Origin: a phage
Reading direction: 5' to 3' (one strand)
DNA length: 64,000 bases
NCBI GenBank assembly: GCA_021537435.1
Contig: GCA_021537435.1_3050.1
Below are positions 1 through 13,248 of this stretch, piece after piece. Within the stretch, counting starts at the first letter, position 1, and every line of letters begins with the position of its first letter. A program made the position numbers and the translations under genes. Below the pieces are notes generated by a model. It was not told where the DNA came from. It saw only the letters and a list, made by a program, of their open reading frames with translations, and ran no database searches.

Positions 1-1924
<1,924 letters not shown>

Positions 1925-1952
1925 TATTAAAGCATATTAAAGAGGATTAAAA

Positions 1953-3932
1953 ATGACTTTATTATCTCCGGGCATTGAGCTCAAAGAAACTACGGTTCAA
2001 AGCACCGTGGTTAATAACTCTACTGGTACAGCAGCTTTGGCCGGTAAATTCCAGTGGGGTCCTGCTTTTCAGATTAAACAGGTTACAAATGAAGTAGATT
2101 TAGTTAATACTTTTGGTCAACCAACCGCTGAAACTGCTGACTATTTTATGTCTGCGATGAATTTCTTGCAGTACGGAAATGACTTACGAGTAGTTCGTGC
2201 TGTTGATAGAGATACCGCTAAAAACTCATCGCCAATTGCTGGTAATATTGAATACACAATTTCTACCCCAGGTAGTAACTACGCGGTTGGAGATAAAATC
2301 ACGGTTAAATATGTTTCAGATGATATTGAAACTGAAGGTAAAATTACTGAAGTAGACGCAGATGGAAAAATTAAGAAAATTAATATTCCTACTGCAAAAA
2401 TTATCGCTAAAGCGAAAGAAGTTGGTGAATATCCAACACTAGGTTCTAACTGGACTGCGGAAATTTCTTCGTCTTCCTCTGGTTTAGCTGCAGTAATAAC
2501 TCTTGGAAAAATTATTACTGATTCTGGTATTTTATTAGCTGAAATTGAAAATGCTGAAGCTGCTATGACAGCGGTTGACTTTCAAGCAAATCTCGAAAAA
2601 TACGGAATTCCAGGAGTAGTAGCTCTTTATCCAGGCGAATTAGGCGATAAAATTGAAATTGAAATCGTATCTAAAGCTGACTACGCAAAAGGAGCTTCTG
2701 CATTACTCCCAATTTATCCAGGTGGTGGTACTCGTGCATCTACTGCTAAAGCAGTGTTTGGATATGGACCACAAACTGATTCACAGTATGCTATTATAGT
2801 TCGTCGTAATGATGCTATTGTTCAAAGCGTTGTTCTTTCAACTAAGCGTGGTGAAAAAGATATTTACGATAGTAACATCTATATCGATGACTTTTTCGCA
2901 AAAGGTGGTTCAGAATATATTTTTGCAACTGCACAAAACTGGCCAGAAGGCTTCTCTGGAATTTTAACTCTGTCTGGTGGATTATCATCAAATGCTGAAG
3001 TAACAGCAGGAGATTTGATGGAAGCTTGGGACTTCTTTGCTGACCGTGAATCTGTTGACGTTCAGCTGTTTATTGCGGGTTCTTGTGCCGGTGAATCTTT
3101 AGAAACAGCATCTACTGTCCAAAAACACGTCGTTTCAATTGGGGATGCTCGCCAAGATTGCTTAGTATTGTGCTCACCACCGCGTGAAACTGTAGTTGGA
3201 ATTCCTGTAACTCGTGCAGTAGATAATTTAGTTAACTGGAGAACTGCAGCAGGTTCATACACTGATAATAACTTTAATATCAGTTCAACCTATGCAGCAA
3301 TCGACGGCAACTACAAATATCAGTATGACAAATATAATGATGTGAATCGTTGGGTTCCATTAGCAGCTGATATTGCTGGTTTATGCGCAAGAACTGATAA
3401 CGTATCTCAGACTTGGATGTCACCAGCTGGTTATAATCGTGGTCAGATTCTTAACGTTATTAAACTTGCTATTGAAACTCGCCAGGCTCAGCGCGACCGT
3501 TTATACCAAGAAGCTATCAACCCGGTAACTGGTACAGGTGGCGATGGTTACGTATTGTACGGTGATAAAACAGCTACTTCTGTTCCTTCTCCGTTTGATC
3601 GTATTAACGTTCGTCGTCTGTTTAATATGTTGAAAACGAATATCGGACGTAGTTCAAAATATCGTTTGTTCGAATTAAACAACGCGTTTACTCGTTCATC
3701 ATTCCGCACAGAAACTGCCCAGTACTTACAGGGAATTAAAGCTCTCGGTGGAATTTATGAATATCGTGTAGTTTGCGATACAACAAATAATACTCCGTCA
3801 GTAATTGATAGAAATGAGTTTGTTGCAACATTCTACATCCAACCTGCACGCAGTATAAATTATATCCAACTTAACTTCGTTGCGACTGCTACTGGTGCAG
3901 ATTTCGATGAGTTGACTGGTCTTGCAGGTTAA
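1953..3932 (+). CDS. 18: contractile tail sheath protein gp18
   Basis: 659-aa ORF directly after gene 17; length and position as T4 gp18; SD AAAGAGGA upstream. Confidence 0.9.
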   Translation: MTLLSPGIELKETTVQSTVVNNSTGTAALAGKFQWGPAFQIKQVTNEVDLVNTFGQPTAETADYFMSAMNFLQYGNDLRVVRAVDRDTAKNSSPIAGNIEYTISTPGSNYAVGDKITVKYVSDDIETEGKITEVDADGKIKKINIPTAKIIAKAKEVGEYPTLGSNWTAEISSSSSGLAAVITLGKIITDSGILLAEIENAEAAMTAVDFQANLEKYGIPGVVALYPGELGDKIEIEIVSKADYAKGASALLPIYPGGGTRASTAKAVFGYGPQTDSQYAIIVRRNDAIVQSVVLSTKRGEKDIYDSNIYIDDFFAKGGSEYIFATAQNWPEGFSGILTLSGGLSSNAEVTAGDLMEAWDFFADRESVDVQLFIAGSCAGESLETASTVQKHVVSIGDARQDCLVLCSPPRETVVGIPVTRAVDNLVNWRTAAGSYTDNNFNISSTYAAIDGNYKYQYDKYNDVNRWVPLAADIAGLCARTDNVSQTWMSPAGYNRGQILNVIKLAIETRQAQRDRLYQEAINPVTGTGGDGYVLYGDKTATSVPSPFDRINVRRLFNMLKTNIGRSSKYRLFELNNAFTRSSFRTETAQYLQGIKALGGIYEYRVVCDTTNNTPSVIDRNEFVATFYIQPARSINYIQLNFVATATGADFDELTGLAG

Positions 3933-3948
3933 TACGGTGCATTCTAAA

Positions 3949-3966
3949 GGCCTGTTTCGGCAGGCC
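3949..3966 (+). terminator. GC hairpin after gene 18
   Basis: GGCCTG-tttcgg-CAGGCC; no clean U-run. Confidence 0.4.
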
Positions 3967-3967
3967 A

Positions 3968-3975
3968 TATAAATA
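3968..3975 (+). promoter_or_regulatory. late promoter motif TATAAATA (gene 19, distal)
   Basis: Exact TATAAATA right after the gene 18 terminator hairpin. Confidence 0.5.
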
Positions 3976-4026
3976 CACTATATCCTTAATTCTTTAATTC
4001 TATATGCCCTAGGTTAAACATAGGGA

Positions 4027-4034
4027 TATAAATA
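4027..4034 (+). promoter_or_regulatory. late promoter motif TATAAATA (gene 19, proximal)
   Basis: Exact TATAAATA 15 nt upstream of the gene 19 ATG. Confidence 0.6.
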
Positions 4035-4048
4035 CTACAGAGGCTAAT

Positions 4049-4540
4049 ATGTTTGTAGATGATGTAACACGCGCGTTTGAATCGGGTGATTTTGCGCGAC
4101 CTAACTTATTCCAAGTAGAAATTTCTTATCTTGGACAAAATTTTACGTTTCAATGTAAAGCCACTGCTTTACCAGCTGGTATTGTAGAAAAAATTCCAGT
4201 CGGATTTATGAACCGTAAAATTAACGTAGCAGGCGATCGTACATTCGATGACTGGACTGTTACAGTAATGAACGATGAAGCTCATGATGCTCGCCAGAAG
4301 TTCGTTGATTGGCAAAGCATTGCTGCGGGGCAAGGAAACGAAATTACTGGTGGAAAACCTGCAGAGTATAAAAAGAGCGCTATCGTTCGTCAATATGCTC
4401 GTGACGCTAAAACAGTAACAAAAGAAATTGAAATTAAAGGTCTGTGGCCTACTAACGTGGGTGAACTTCAATTAGATTGGGATTCAAACAATGAAATCCA
4501 AACATTTGAAGTAACTCTTGCTCTCGATTATTGGGAATAA
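4049..4540 (+). CDS. 19: tail tube protein gp19
   Basis: 163-aa ORF after gene 18, preceded by TATAAATA late-promoter motifs and SD GAGG. Confidence 0.9.
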   Translation: MFVDDVTRAFESGDFARPNLFQVEISYLGQNFTFQCKATALPAGIVEKIPVGFMNRKINVAGDRTFDDWTVTVMNDEAHDARQKFVDWQSIAAGQGNEITGGKPAEYKKSAIVRQYARDAKTVTKEIEIKGLWPTNVGELQLDWDSNNEIQTFEVTLALDYWE

Positions 4541-4547
4541 AATGAAT

Positions 4548-4561
4548 GGGGAGAAATCCCC
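4548..4561 (+). terminator. short hairpin after gene 19
   Basis: GGGGA-gaaa-TCCCC. Confidence 0.35.
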
Positions 4562-4572
4562 ATCCTGCTTAA

Positions 4573-6197
<1,625 letters not shown>

Positions 6198-6198
<1 letters not shown>

Positions 6199-6446
6199 TG
6201 GAAGGTTTAATTGAAGCTATTAAATCAAACGACCTCGTAGCCGCTCGTAAATTATTTGCTGAAGCCATGGCTGCAAGAACGATTGATTTAATTAAAGAAG
6301 AAAAAATCGCTATCGCTCGTAATTTCTTAATCGAAGGTGAAGAACCTGATGACGAGGATGATGACGAAGACGAAGATAGTGATGATAAAGACGACAAAAA
6401 AGACAAAGACTCTGATGAAGATGACGAAGACGAGGATGATGAATAA
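6198..6446 (+). CDS. 67: prohead core protein gp67 with acidic D/E-rich C-terminus
   Basis: 82-aa ORF between 20 and 68; C-terminal poly-Asp/Glu tract typical of T4 gp67. Confidence 0.85.
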
Positions 6447-6871
6447 TGCTTCTGATCCCTGAAACTCATGAATTAGTTCTCGAGAATGTCGAAGCACTTA
6501 TTCCTGAAGCACAGGGTCGCTTTGACGAATTGTCTTCTGCTTTAAATAAAGACGATATAAATACAATTGTCGAGAATATGCTTGATGATGAAACTGATTT
6601 AGCGGTTGCATTAGCTTCTATTAATGAAAATATGCCGCTAAATGAATTTATCGTTAAACATGTTTCCGCCCGTGGTGAAATTACACGTACTAAAGACCGC
6701 AAGACGCGTGAACGTAATGCATTTCAAACCACTGGGCTGTCTAAAGCAAAACGTAGACAAATTGCTCGTAAAGCTACCAAAACGAAGATTGCCAATCCAG
6801 CAGGTCAATCTCGTGCTCAGCGTAAGCGTAAAAAAGCTCTTAAACGCCGTAAAGCATTAGGATTAAGCTAA
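6446..6871 (+). CDS. 68: prohead core protein gp68
   Basis: 141-aa ORF, basic C-terminus, position between 67 and 21. Confidence 0.85.
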
Positions 6872-7509
6872 TGAATGAACCCCAATTACTAATTGAAACT
6901 TGGGGTCAACCTGGCGAAATTATTGATGGCGTGCCAATGCTTGAATCTCATGATGGAAAAGACCTAGGTTTAAAACCTGGTTTATACATCGAAGGAATAT
7001 TCATGCAAGCGGAAGTCGTCAATAGAAATAAACGTCTTTATCCAAAACGCATATTAGAAAAAGCGGTAAAAGACTATATCAATGAGCAAGTTTTAACTAA
7101 ACAAGCTCTCGGAGAATTAAATCATCCTCCACGCGCTAATGTTGACCCGATGCAAGCCGCTATCATTATAGAAGATATGTGGTGGAAAGGAAATGACGTA
7201 TACGGACGAGCTCGTGTTATTGAAGGTGACCATGGTCCTGGAGATAAATTAGCAGCTAATATTCGTGCCGGATGGATTCCAGGAGTTTCTTCTCGTGGAT
7301 TAGGTTCATTGACTGACACAAATAAAGGTTATCGTATCGTAAACGAAGGATTCAAATTAACTGTAGGTGTTGATGCAGTATGGGGTCCAAGTGCTCCAGA
7401 TGCATGGGTAACTCCTAAGGAAATTACCGAATCACAGACGGCGGAAGCCGATACAAGTGCCGATGACGCCTATATGGCTCTCGCAGAGGCCATGAAAAAA
7501 GCGTTATAA
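6871..7509 (+). CDS. 21: prohead core protease gp21
   Basis: 212-aa ORF in the T4 gene 21 position and size. Confidence 0.9.
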   Translation: MNEPQLLIETWGQPGEIIDGVPMLESHDGKDLGLKPGLYIEGIFMQAEVVNRNKRLYPKRILEKAVKDYINEQVLTKQALGELNHPPRANVDPMQAAIIIEDMWWKGNDVYGRARVIEGDHGPGDKLAANIRAGWIPGVSSRGLGSLTDTNKGYRIVNEGFKLTVGVDAVWGPSAPDAWVTPKEITESQTAEADTSADDAYMALAEAMKKAL

Positions 7510-7512
7510 ATA
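7505..7512 (+). promoter_or_regulatory. late promoter motif TATAAATA (gene 22)
   Basis: Exact match overlapping the gene 21 stop, ~28 nt upstream of gene 22. Confidence 0.6.
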
Positions 7513-7539
7513 TTATTATCTAAACAACAGGACTACAAA

Positions 7540-8349
7540 ATGCTTAAAGAACAACTGATTGCTGAAGCGCAAAAAATTGATGCTTCCGTTGCTCTTGATA
7601 GTATTTTCGAATCAGTTAATATTTCTCCGGAAGCAAAAGAAACTTTCGGCACTGTATTCGAAGCTACCGTCAAGCAGCACGCCGTTAAATTAGCTGAATC
7701 TCATATCGCTAAAATTGCTGAAAAAGCAGAAGAAGAAGTAGAAAAAAATAAAGAAGAAGCAGAAGAAAAAGCTGAGAAGAAAATCGCTGAGCAAGCTTCT
7801 AAATTCATCGACCATCTTGCGAAAGAATGGCTCGCTGAAAATAAATTAGCAGTTGATAAAGGCATCAAAGCCGAACTGTTTGAATCCATGCTTGGTGGAT
7901 TAAAAGAGCTCTTTGTTGAACACAACGTTGTTGTTCCAGAAGAATCAGTTGATGTTGTGGCTGAAATGGAAGAAGAGTTGCAAGAACATAAAGAAGAATC
8001 AGCTCGTCTGTTCGAAGAACTCAATATGCGCGACGCATATATCAATTATGTGCAGCGTGAAGTGGCATTGAGCGAAAGTACTAAAGATCTGACTGAGTCT
8101 CAAAAAGAAAAAGTCTCTGCTCTGGTCGAAGGTATGGATTATTCAGATGAATTCTCAAATAAATTGAGTGCCATCGTAGAAATGGTGAAGAAGTCTAATA
8201 AAGATGAAAGCACTATTACTGAGGGTATAAATACTCCTGATACTGAAGCAGCCGGACTGAATTTCGTCACTGAAGCTGTAGAAGATAAAGCTGCACCTGA
8301 TGCAGAAGATATTGTAAGTGTATATGCGAAAGTCGCATCTCGTTTCTAA
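7540..8349 (+). CDS. 22: prohead core scaffold protein gp22
   Basis: 269-aa ORF, highly charged E/K-rich coiled-coil-like composition; late promoter TATAAATA upstream. Confidence 0.9.
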   Translation: MLKEQLIAEAQKIDASVALDSIFESVNISPEAKETFGTVFEATVKQHAVKLAESHIAKIAEKAEEEVEKNKEEAEEKAEKKIAEQASKFIDHLAKEWLAENKLAVDKGIKAELFESMLGGLKELFVEHNVVVPEESVDVVAEMEEELQEHKEESARLFEELNMRDAYINYVQREVALSESTKDLTESQKEKVSALVEGMDYSDEFSNKLSAIVEMVKKSNKDESTITEGINTPDTEAAGLNFVTEAVEDKAAPDAEDIVSVYAKVASRF

Positions 8350-8367
8350 TTTTAAAGGTTAACACAA

Positions 8368-9933
8368 ATGACTATCAAAACTAAAGCTGAACTTTTGAAC
8401 AAATGGAAGCCATTACTGGAAGGTGAAGGTTTACCGGAAATTGCTAATAGCAAACAAGCGATTATCGCTAAAATCTTTGAAAACCAGGAAAAAGATTTCC
8501 AGACAGCTCCGGAATATAAAGACGAAAAAATTGCTCAGGCATTCGGTTCTTTCTTAACAGAAGCTGAAATCGGTGGTGACCACGGTTACAATGCTACCAA
8601 CATCGCTGCAGGTCAGACTTCTGGCGCAGTAACTCAGATTGGCCCAGCTGTTATGGGTATGGTACGTCGTGCTATTCCTAACCTGATTGCTTTCGATATT
8701 TGCGGTGTTCAGCCGATGAACAGCCCGACTGGCCAGGTATTCGCACTGCGCGCAGTATATGGTAAAGACCCAGTGGCTGCCGGTGCTAAAGAAGCATTCC
8801 ACCCAATGTATGGTCCAGATGCAATGTTCTCTGGTCAGGGTGCTGCTAAGAAATTCCCAGCTCTGGCTGCTAATACCACTACAGTCGTAGGTGACATTTA
8901 TTCTCACTTCTTCCAGGAAACTGGTACCGTATATCTACAAGCTTCTGCTGTCGTAACACTTGATTCTAGCGCGACTGATGCTGCTAAATTAGATGCCGAA
9001 GTTAAAAAACAAATGGAAGCTGGTGCACTGGTAGAAATCGCTGAAGGTATGGCTACTTCTATCGCTGAACTTCAGGAAGGTTTCAATGGTTCTACCGATA
9101 ACCCATGGAATGAAATGGGCTTCCGTATCGATAAACAAGTTATCGAAGCTAAATCTCGTCAGCTGAAAGCTGCTTACTCTATCGAATTAGCACAAGACCT
9201 CCGCGCTGTTCACGGTATGGATGCTGATGCTGAACTGTCTGGTATTCTGGCTACCGAAATCATGCTGGAAATCAACCGCGAAGTTGTTGATTGGATTAAC
9301 TACTCCGCACAGGTTGGTAAATCTGGTATGACCCTGACTCCGGGTTCTAAAGCTGGTGTATTTGACTTCCAGGACCCAATCGATATTCGTGGTGCTCGTT
9401 GGGCAGGTGAATCCTTTAAAGCTCTGTTGTTCCAGATTGACAAAGAAGCAGTTGAAATTGCTCGTCAGACTGGTCGCGGCGAAGGTAACTTCATTATCGC
9501 TTCCCGTAACGTAGTTAACGTTCTGGCTTCAGTTGATACTGGCATTTCTTATGCTGCACAGGGTCTGGCTACCGGCTTCAACACTGATACTACCAAGTCA
9601 GTATTTGCTGGTGTTCTGGGTGGTAAATACCGCGTATATATCGACCAGTATGCTAAACAGGATTATTTCACTGTAGGTTATAAAGGTCCGAACGAAATGG
9701 ATGCTGGTATTTACTATGCTCCATATGTAGCTCTGACTCCGCTGCGTGGTTCCGATCCGAAGAACTTCCAACCGGTAATGGGATTCAAAACTCGTTACGG
9801 TATCGGTATCAACCCATTTGCAGAATCCGCTGCTCAGGCTCCGGCTTCTCGCATCCAGAGCGGTATGCCTTCTATTCTGAATAGCCTTGGTAAAAACGCT
9901 TACTTCCGCCGTGTATATGTTAAAGGTATTTAA
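8368..9933 (+). CDS. 23: major capsid protein gp23
   Basis: 521-aa ORF, N-terminal propeptide ending …AEIGGDHGY, high-expression codon usage, strong terminator downstream. Confidence 0.95.
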   Translation: MTIKTKAELLNKWKPLLEGEGLPEIANSKQAIIAKIFENQEKDFQTAPEYKDEKIAQAFGSFLTEAEIGGDHGYNATNIAAGQTSGAVTQIGPAVMGMVRRAIPNLIAFDICGVQPMNSPTGQVFALRAVYGKDPVAAGAKEAFHPMYGPDAMFSGQGAAKKFPALAANTTTVVGDIYSHFFQETGTVYLQASAVVTLDSSATDAAKLDAEVKKQMEAGALVEIAEGMATSIAELQEGFNGSTDNPWNEMGFRIDKQVIEAKSRQLKAAYSIELAQDLRAVHGMDADAELSGILATEIMLEINREVVDWINYSAQVGKSGMTLTPGSKAGVFDFQDPIDIRGARWAGESFKALLFQIDKEAVEIARQTGRGEGNFIIASRNVVNVLASVDTGISYAAQGLATGFNTDTTKSVFAGVLGGKYRVYIDQYAKQDYFTVGYKGPNEMDAGIYYAPYVALTPLRGSDPKNFQPVMGFKTRYGIGINPFAESAAQAPASRIQSGMPSILNSLGKNAYFRRVYVKGI

Positions 9934-9949
9934 GATATAACCTTATTAT

Positions 9950-9967
9950 GGGAGACTTCGGTCTCCC
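9950..9967 (+). terminator. rho-independent terminator after gene 23
   Basis: GGGAGAC-ttcg-GTCTCCC followed by a T-rich tract. Confidence 0.8.
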
Positions 9968-9982
9968 ATTCTTGTTTCTATA

Positions 9983-10249
9983 CTACGCAATCTTAACTCG
10001 ACGGTTGATGATGTCACGGAAGTCAATACGATTTTCTTGGATTTTCAGCCAGTTACCAGATTTGTCTTTGGTATGGGTAGAATATTCACCGTTCCACCAG
10101 AAGTCAGTAGCATAAGCCATGGTTTCATATTTCTTAACTAGGGCATTCACTGCATTACCGTTAGGATTGGAACCATATTTTTCTACCAGGGCTTTGATGT
10201 CTTTATCAAGAGCGGACAGAGTAGTACGAATAAAGTTTAACTTGTTCAT
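9983..10249 (-). CDS. hypothetical protein (88 aa from the internal ATG; ORF open to 10264)
   Basis: Minus-strand ORF in the 23-24 intergenic region; the ATG at 10249 has a near-perfect SD AGGAGA with 7-nt spacing; an 88-codon open frame in AT-rich DNA is unlikely by chance. Confidence 0.5.
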   Translation of the reverse strand: MNKLNFIRTTLSALDKDIKALVEKYGSNPNGNAVNALVKKYETMAYATDFWWNGEYSTHTKDKSGNWLKIQENRIDFRDIINRRVKIA

Positions 10250-10315
10250 TTTTAATCTCCTCATGTTTTTGATAGGTCTATAGTAACATGTGATAACCTT
10301 GCTGTAAACAACTTT

Positions 10316-10323
10316 TATAAATA
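10316..10323 (+). promoter_or_regulatory. late promoter motif TATAAATA (gene 24)
   Basis: Exact match ~29 nt upstream of the gene 24 ATG. Confidence 0.6.
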
Positions 10324-10351
10324 AACATATACTCTCAACAAGGAAAGCGCA

Positions 10352-11635
10352 ATGGCTAAAATCAACGAACTTCTGCGCGAATCAACCACAACGAATAGCA
10401 ACTCAATCGGTCGCCCAAATCTCGTTGCTTTGACTCGCGCTACCACTAAATTAATATATTCTGACATTGTAGCAACGCAAAGAACTAATCAACCTGTTGC
10501 TGCTTTTTATGGTATCAAATACCTTAATCCAGATAACGAATTTACTTTTAAAACTGGTGCTACTTACGCTGGCGAAGCTGGATATGTAGACCGAGAACAA
10601 ATCACAGAATTAACAGAAGAGTCTAAATTAACTCTCAATAAAGGCGATTTATTCAAATATAATAATATCGTTTATAAAGTATTAGAAGATACACCATTTG
10701 CTACCATTGAAGAAAGCGATTTAGAATTAGCTCTTCAGATTGCAATTGTTCTTTTAAAGGTTCGTCTATTTTCTGACGCAGCGTCAACGAGCAAATTTGA
10801 AAGCTCTGATAGCGAAATTGCGGATGCTAGATTCCAGATTAATAAATGGCAAACCGCAGTTAAATCTCGTAAACTTAAAACTGGCATCACAGTTGAATTA
10901 GCACAAGATTTAGAAGCAAATGGATTCGATGCTCCTAATTTCTTGGAAGATTTGCTTGCAACTGAAATGGCGGATGAAATCAATAAAGATATTCTACAGT
11001 CTTTGATTACAGTATCAAAACGCTATAAAGTTACAGGAATTACTGATACCGGTTTCATTGATTTGAGTTATGCATCTGCACCTGAAGCTGGTCGTTCATT
11101 ATACCGAATGGTATGTGAAATGGTTTCACATATCCAAAAAGAATCAACTTATACAGCAACGTTCTGTGTTGCTTCAGCTCGTGCTGCTGCGATTCTTGCT
11201 GCATCAGGTTGGTTAAAACATAAACCAGAAGATGATAAATATCTTTCACAAAATGCCTACGGGTTCTTAGCTAATGGTTTACCGCTTTATTGCGATACTA
11301 ACAGCCCATTAGATTATGTAATCGTTGGCGTGGTAGAAAATATTGGCGAAAAAGAAATTGTTGGATCAATTTTCTATGCTCCGTATACAGAAGGTCTTGA
11401 CTTAGATGACCCTGAACATGTAGGTGCATTTAAAGTTGTAGTTGATCCAGAAAGTTTGCAGCCATCTATCGGTTTATTAGTTAGATATGCTTTATCTGCA
11501 AATCCTTACACTGTAGCAAAAGATGAAAAAGAAGCAAGAATAATTGATGGTGGAGACATGGATAAAATGGCGGGTCGTTCAGATTTGTCTGTTTTATTAG
11601 GTGTTAAGTTACCAAAAATTATTGTTGATGAATAA
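10352..11635 (+). CDS. 24: capsid vertex protein gp24
   Basis: 427-aa ORF, gp23 paralogue by position and size; TATAAATA at 10316-10323. Confidence 0.9.
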   Translation: MAKINELLRESTTTNSNSIGRPNLVALTRATTKLIYSDIVATQRTNQPVAAFYGIKYLNPDNEFTFKTGATYAGEAGYVDREQITELTEESKLTLNKGDLFKYNNIVYKVLEDTPFATIEESDLELALQIAIVLLKVRLFSDAASTSKFESSDSEIADARFQINKWQTAVKSRKLKTGITVELAQDLEANGFDAPNFLEDLLATEMADEINKDILQSLITVSKRYKVTGITDTGFIDLSYASAPEAGRSLYRMVCEMVSHIQKESTYTATFCVASARAAAILAASGWLKHKPEDDKYLSQNAYGFLANGLPLYCDTNSPLDYVIVGVVENIGEKEIVGSIFYAPYTEGLDLDDPEHVGAFKVVVDPESLQPSIGLLVRYALSANPYTVAKDEKEARIIDGGDMDKMAGRSDLSVLLGVKLPKIIVDE

Positions 11636-11640
11636 AACAA

Positions 11641-11658
11641 AGGGACCTTTCGGTCCCT
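11641..11658. terminator. bidirectional terminator between gene 24 and rnlB
   Basis: AGGGACC-tttc-GGTCCCT flanked by A-run and T-run. Confidence 0.8.
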
Positions 11659-11664
11659 TTTTAT

Positions 11665-12669
11665 TTAACTTACCAATTCAATCCAAGCCGGACGAAGTAC
11701 ATCTTGTACCATTTTAACTAATTCCTTTTTAACCAAAGAAGGATTATCTGCTTGAGTTAGAGTAATACCTTCACGAGAAGTTTCTTCCAAAATATCTTGA
11801 ACAGTTAGTCCCATCACCTTTCCAAAATCTTTTGGACCAATTTCGCCAATTTTAGAAATAACGTTATTTACTCGGTTCAGTGTAACGTAACAAGCTAAAA
11901 TTCCCACCAATTTGTTATCAGCTTCTGACAGTTCAACTTTAGCTTTAATAGGCTTATCAGACTTTTTCTTTTCACTAAATTTAGAATTCTTGCATTTAAT
12001 CGCTACGCGATTGCCATTAGGCATCCAAGAAGGATAACAAGGTTTCAATACATAACCTTCAGCGGTAAATACTTCGCCTTTTGCTTCGGCATTCCAAACG
12101 CATTTATTTGCATCAACTAATCCAGCATGGTCTACTGTAAAATTATAATCTTGGACGACAGAATCTAAATCATTTGGCAATTTAATAAGCTCTTCAAATT
12201 TACCGCGACCTAAAAGTGGAGCCATTTTAAATTTAAACGTATTACAGAATGATTCCATCATATAATCATCGACATAAGTCACATCACCACTTTCTGTAGT
12301 AACAATAATGTCAAATACATAAAAATCTTTATCGCCATAATCGACATTCTTCTGAATGCCAGGTCCAGCGAATTCGCCAAAAACTTGATAAGATACAACT
12401 GCTGAGGTTTCCATAATATCTTGTACTGCTTTAATGGAATCAGCGTAATTCTTTAGAATAATTTCATACCCAAAGAAATCTTCAGCAGGAAGAATAGGGC
12501 CAGTACGTTTAGCGCAAGTTACTTTATCACGCTCAATAATTAATGAGAAATTTGTACCATGAATCTTTTCACGAGCTACCCACTCCCCACCAGTCAATCC
12601 CAAGCTATAAAGTTTTTCAATAAATTTCGAGTTGTAATGATTTTCAAGACTGCTATACTTTTTAAACAT
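11665..12669 (-). CDS. rnlB: RNA ligase 2 (Rnl2)
   Basis: 334 aa; nucleotidyltransferase motif I KIHGTN near the N-terminus; matches T4 Rnl2. Confidence 0.92.
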   Translation of the reverse strand: MFKKYSSLENHYNSKFIEKLYSLGLTGGEWVAREKIHGTNFSLIIERDKVTCAKRTGPILPAEDFFGYEIILKNYADSIKAVQDIMETSAVVSYQVFGEFAGPGIQKNVDYGDKDFYVFDIIVTTESGDVTYVDDYMMESFCNTFKFKMAPLLGRGKFEELIKLPNDLDSVVQDYNFTVDHAGLVDANKCVWNAEAKGEVFTAEGYVLKPCYPSWMPNGNRVAIKCKNSKFSEKKKSDKPIKAKVELSEADNKLVGILACYVTLNRVNNVISKIGEIGPKDFGKVMGLTVQDILEETSREGITLTQADNPSLVKKELVKMVQDVLRPAWIELVS

Positions 12670-12678
12670 AATTAATCC

Positions 12679-12957
12679 TCAAAATGTAATTTCTAACCAA
12701 TCACCATCACGCTGATCACTATTGACTTTAAAGCTAAATCCTTCTTTTCTCAGCCAATCACCAATTTCTTCAGTAATCAATTTATCGCGAGCAATGCAAT
12801 AATAACTAAATTGTGTTTTACCTTGTTCAGCTGCTTTATTAGCAAGTTCCGAAAAATCTTTAATAAAACACTCTAGCTTAAACTGTTTACTTTTGAATGC
12901 TTTTTCGCGTAATTGATTAGCAAAAGATTCATTTTCATAAAGATCATACTGTTCCAT
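12679..12957 (-). CDS. hypothetical protein (T4 24.2 position)
   Basis: 92-aa ORF packed between rnlB and hoc, same strand. Confidence 0.6.
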   Translation of the reverse strand: MEQYDLYENESFANQLREKAFKSKQFKLECFIKDFSELANKAAEQGKTQFSYYCIARDKLITEEIGDWLRKEGFSFKVNSDQRDGDWLEITF

Positions 12958-13159
12958 TTTTCACCTTTTTATTAATATGTCTTTTTCTATAGACAACTTT
13001 TTCTCGAGTCTCAAATTTATTCTTAGCAGTCATAGCTCGAGCCCATAATACAGCCACTTCTTTCGCCTGTAAGTTTAATTCACGAGCAATTTCAATGAAT
13101 GACTTTCCAGACTCATGAAGAGTAAACACCACAACCTCAGTTCTCATAATCAATCTCAT
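12944..13159 (-). CDS. hypothetical small protein (T4 24.3 position), possible HTH
   Basis: 71-aa ORF overlapping the preceding ORF by 14 nt. Confidence 0.55.
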   Translation of the reverse strand: MRLIMRTEVVVFTLHESGKSFIEIARELNLQAKEVAVLWARAMTAKNKFETREKVVYRKRHINKKVKNGTV

Positions 13160-13226
13160 GTTATCGAGTTGGTGCCATTATATACACCATTTTCTGATTG
13201 TGTTTTGTGTGCTTTCAAAATGAAAA

Positions 13227-13244
13227 AAGGGGCCGAAGCCCCTT
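13227..13244 (-). terminator. terminator downstream of hoc
   Basis: AAGGGGC-cgaa-GCCCCTT; A-run on the + strand gives a U-run on the minus transcript. Confidence 0.75.
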
Positions 13245-13248
13245 ATGA

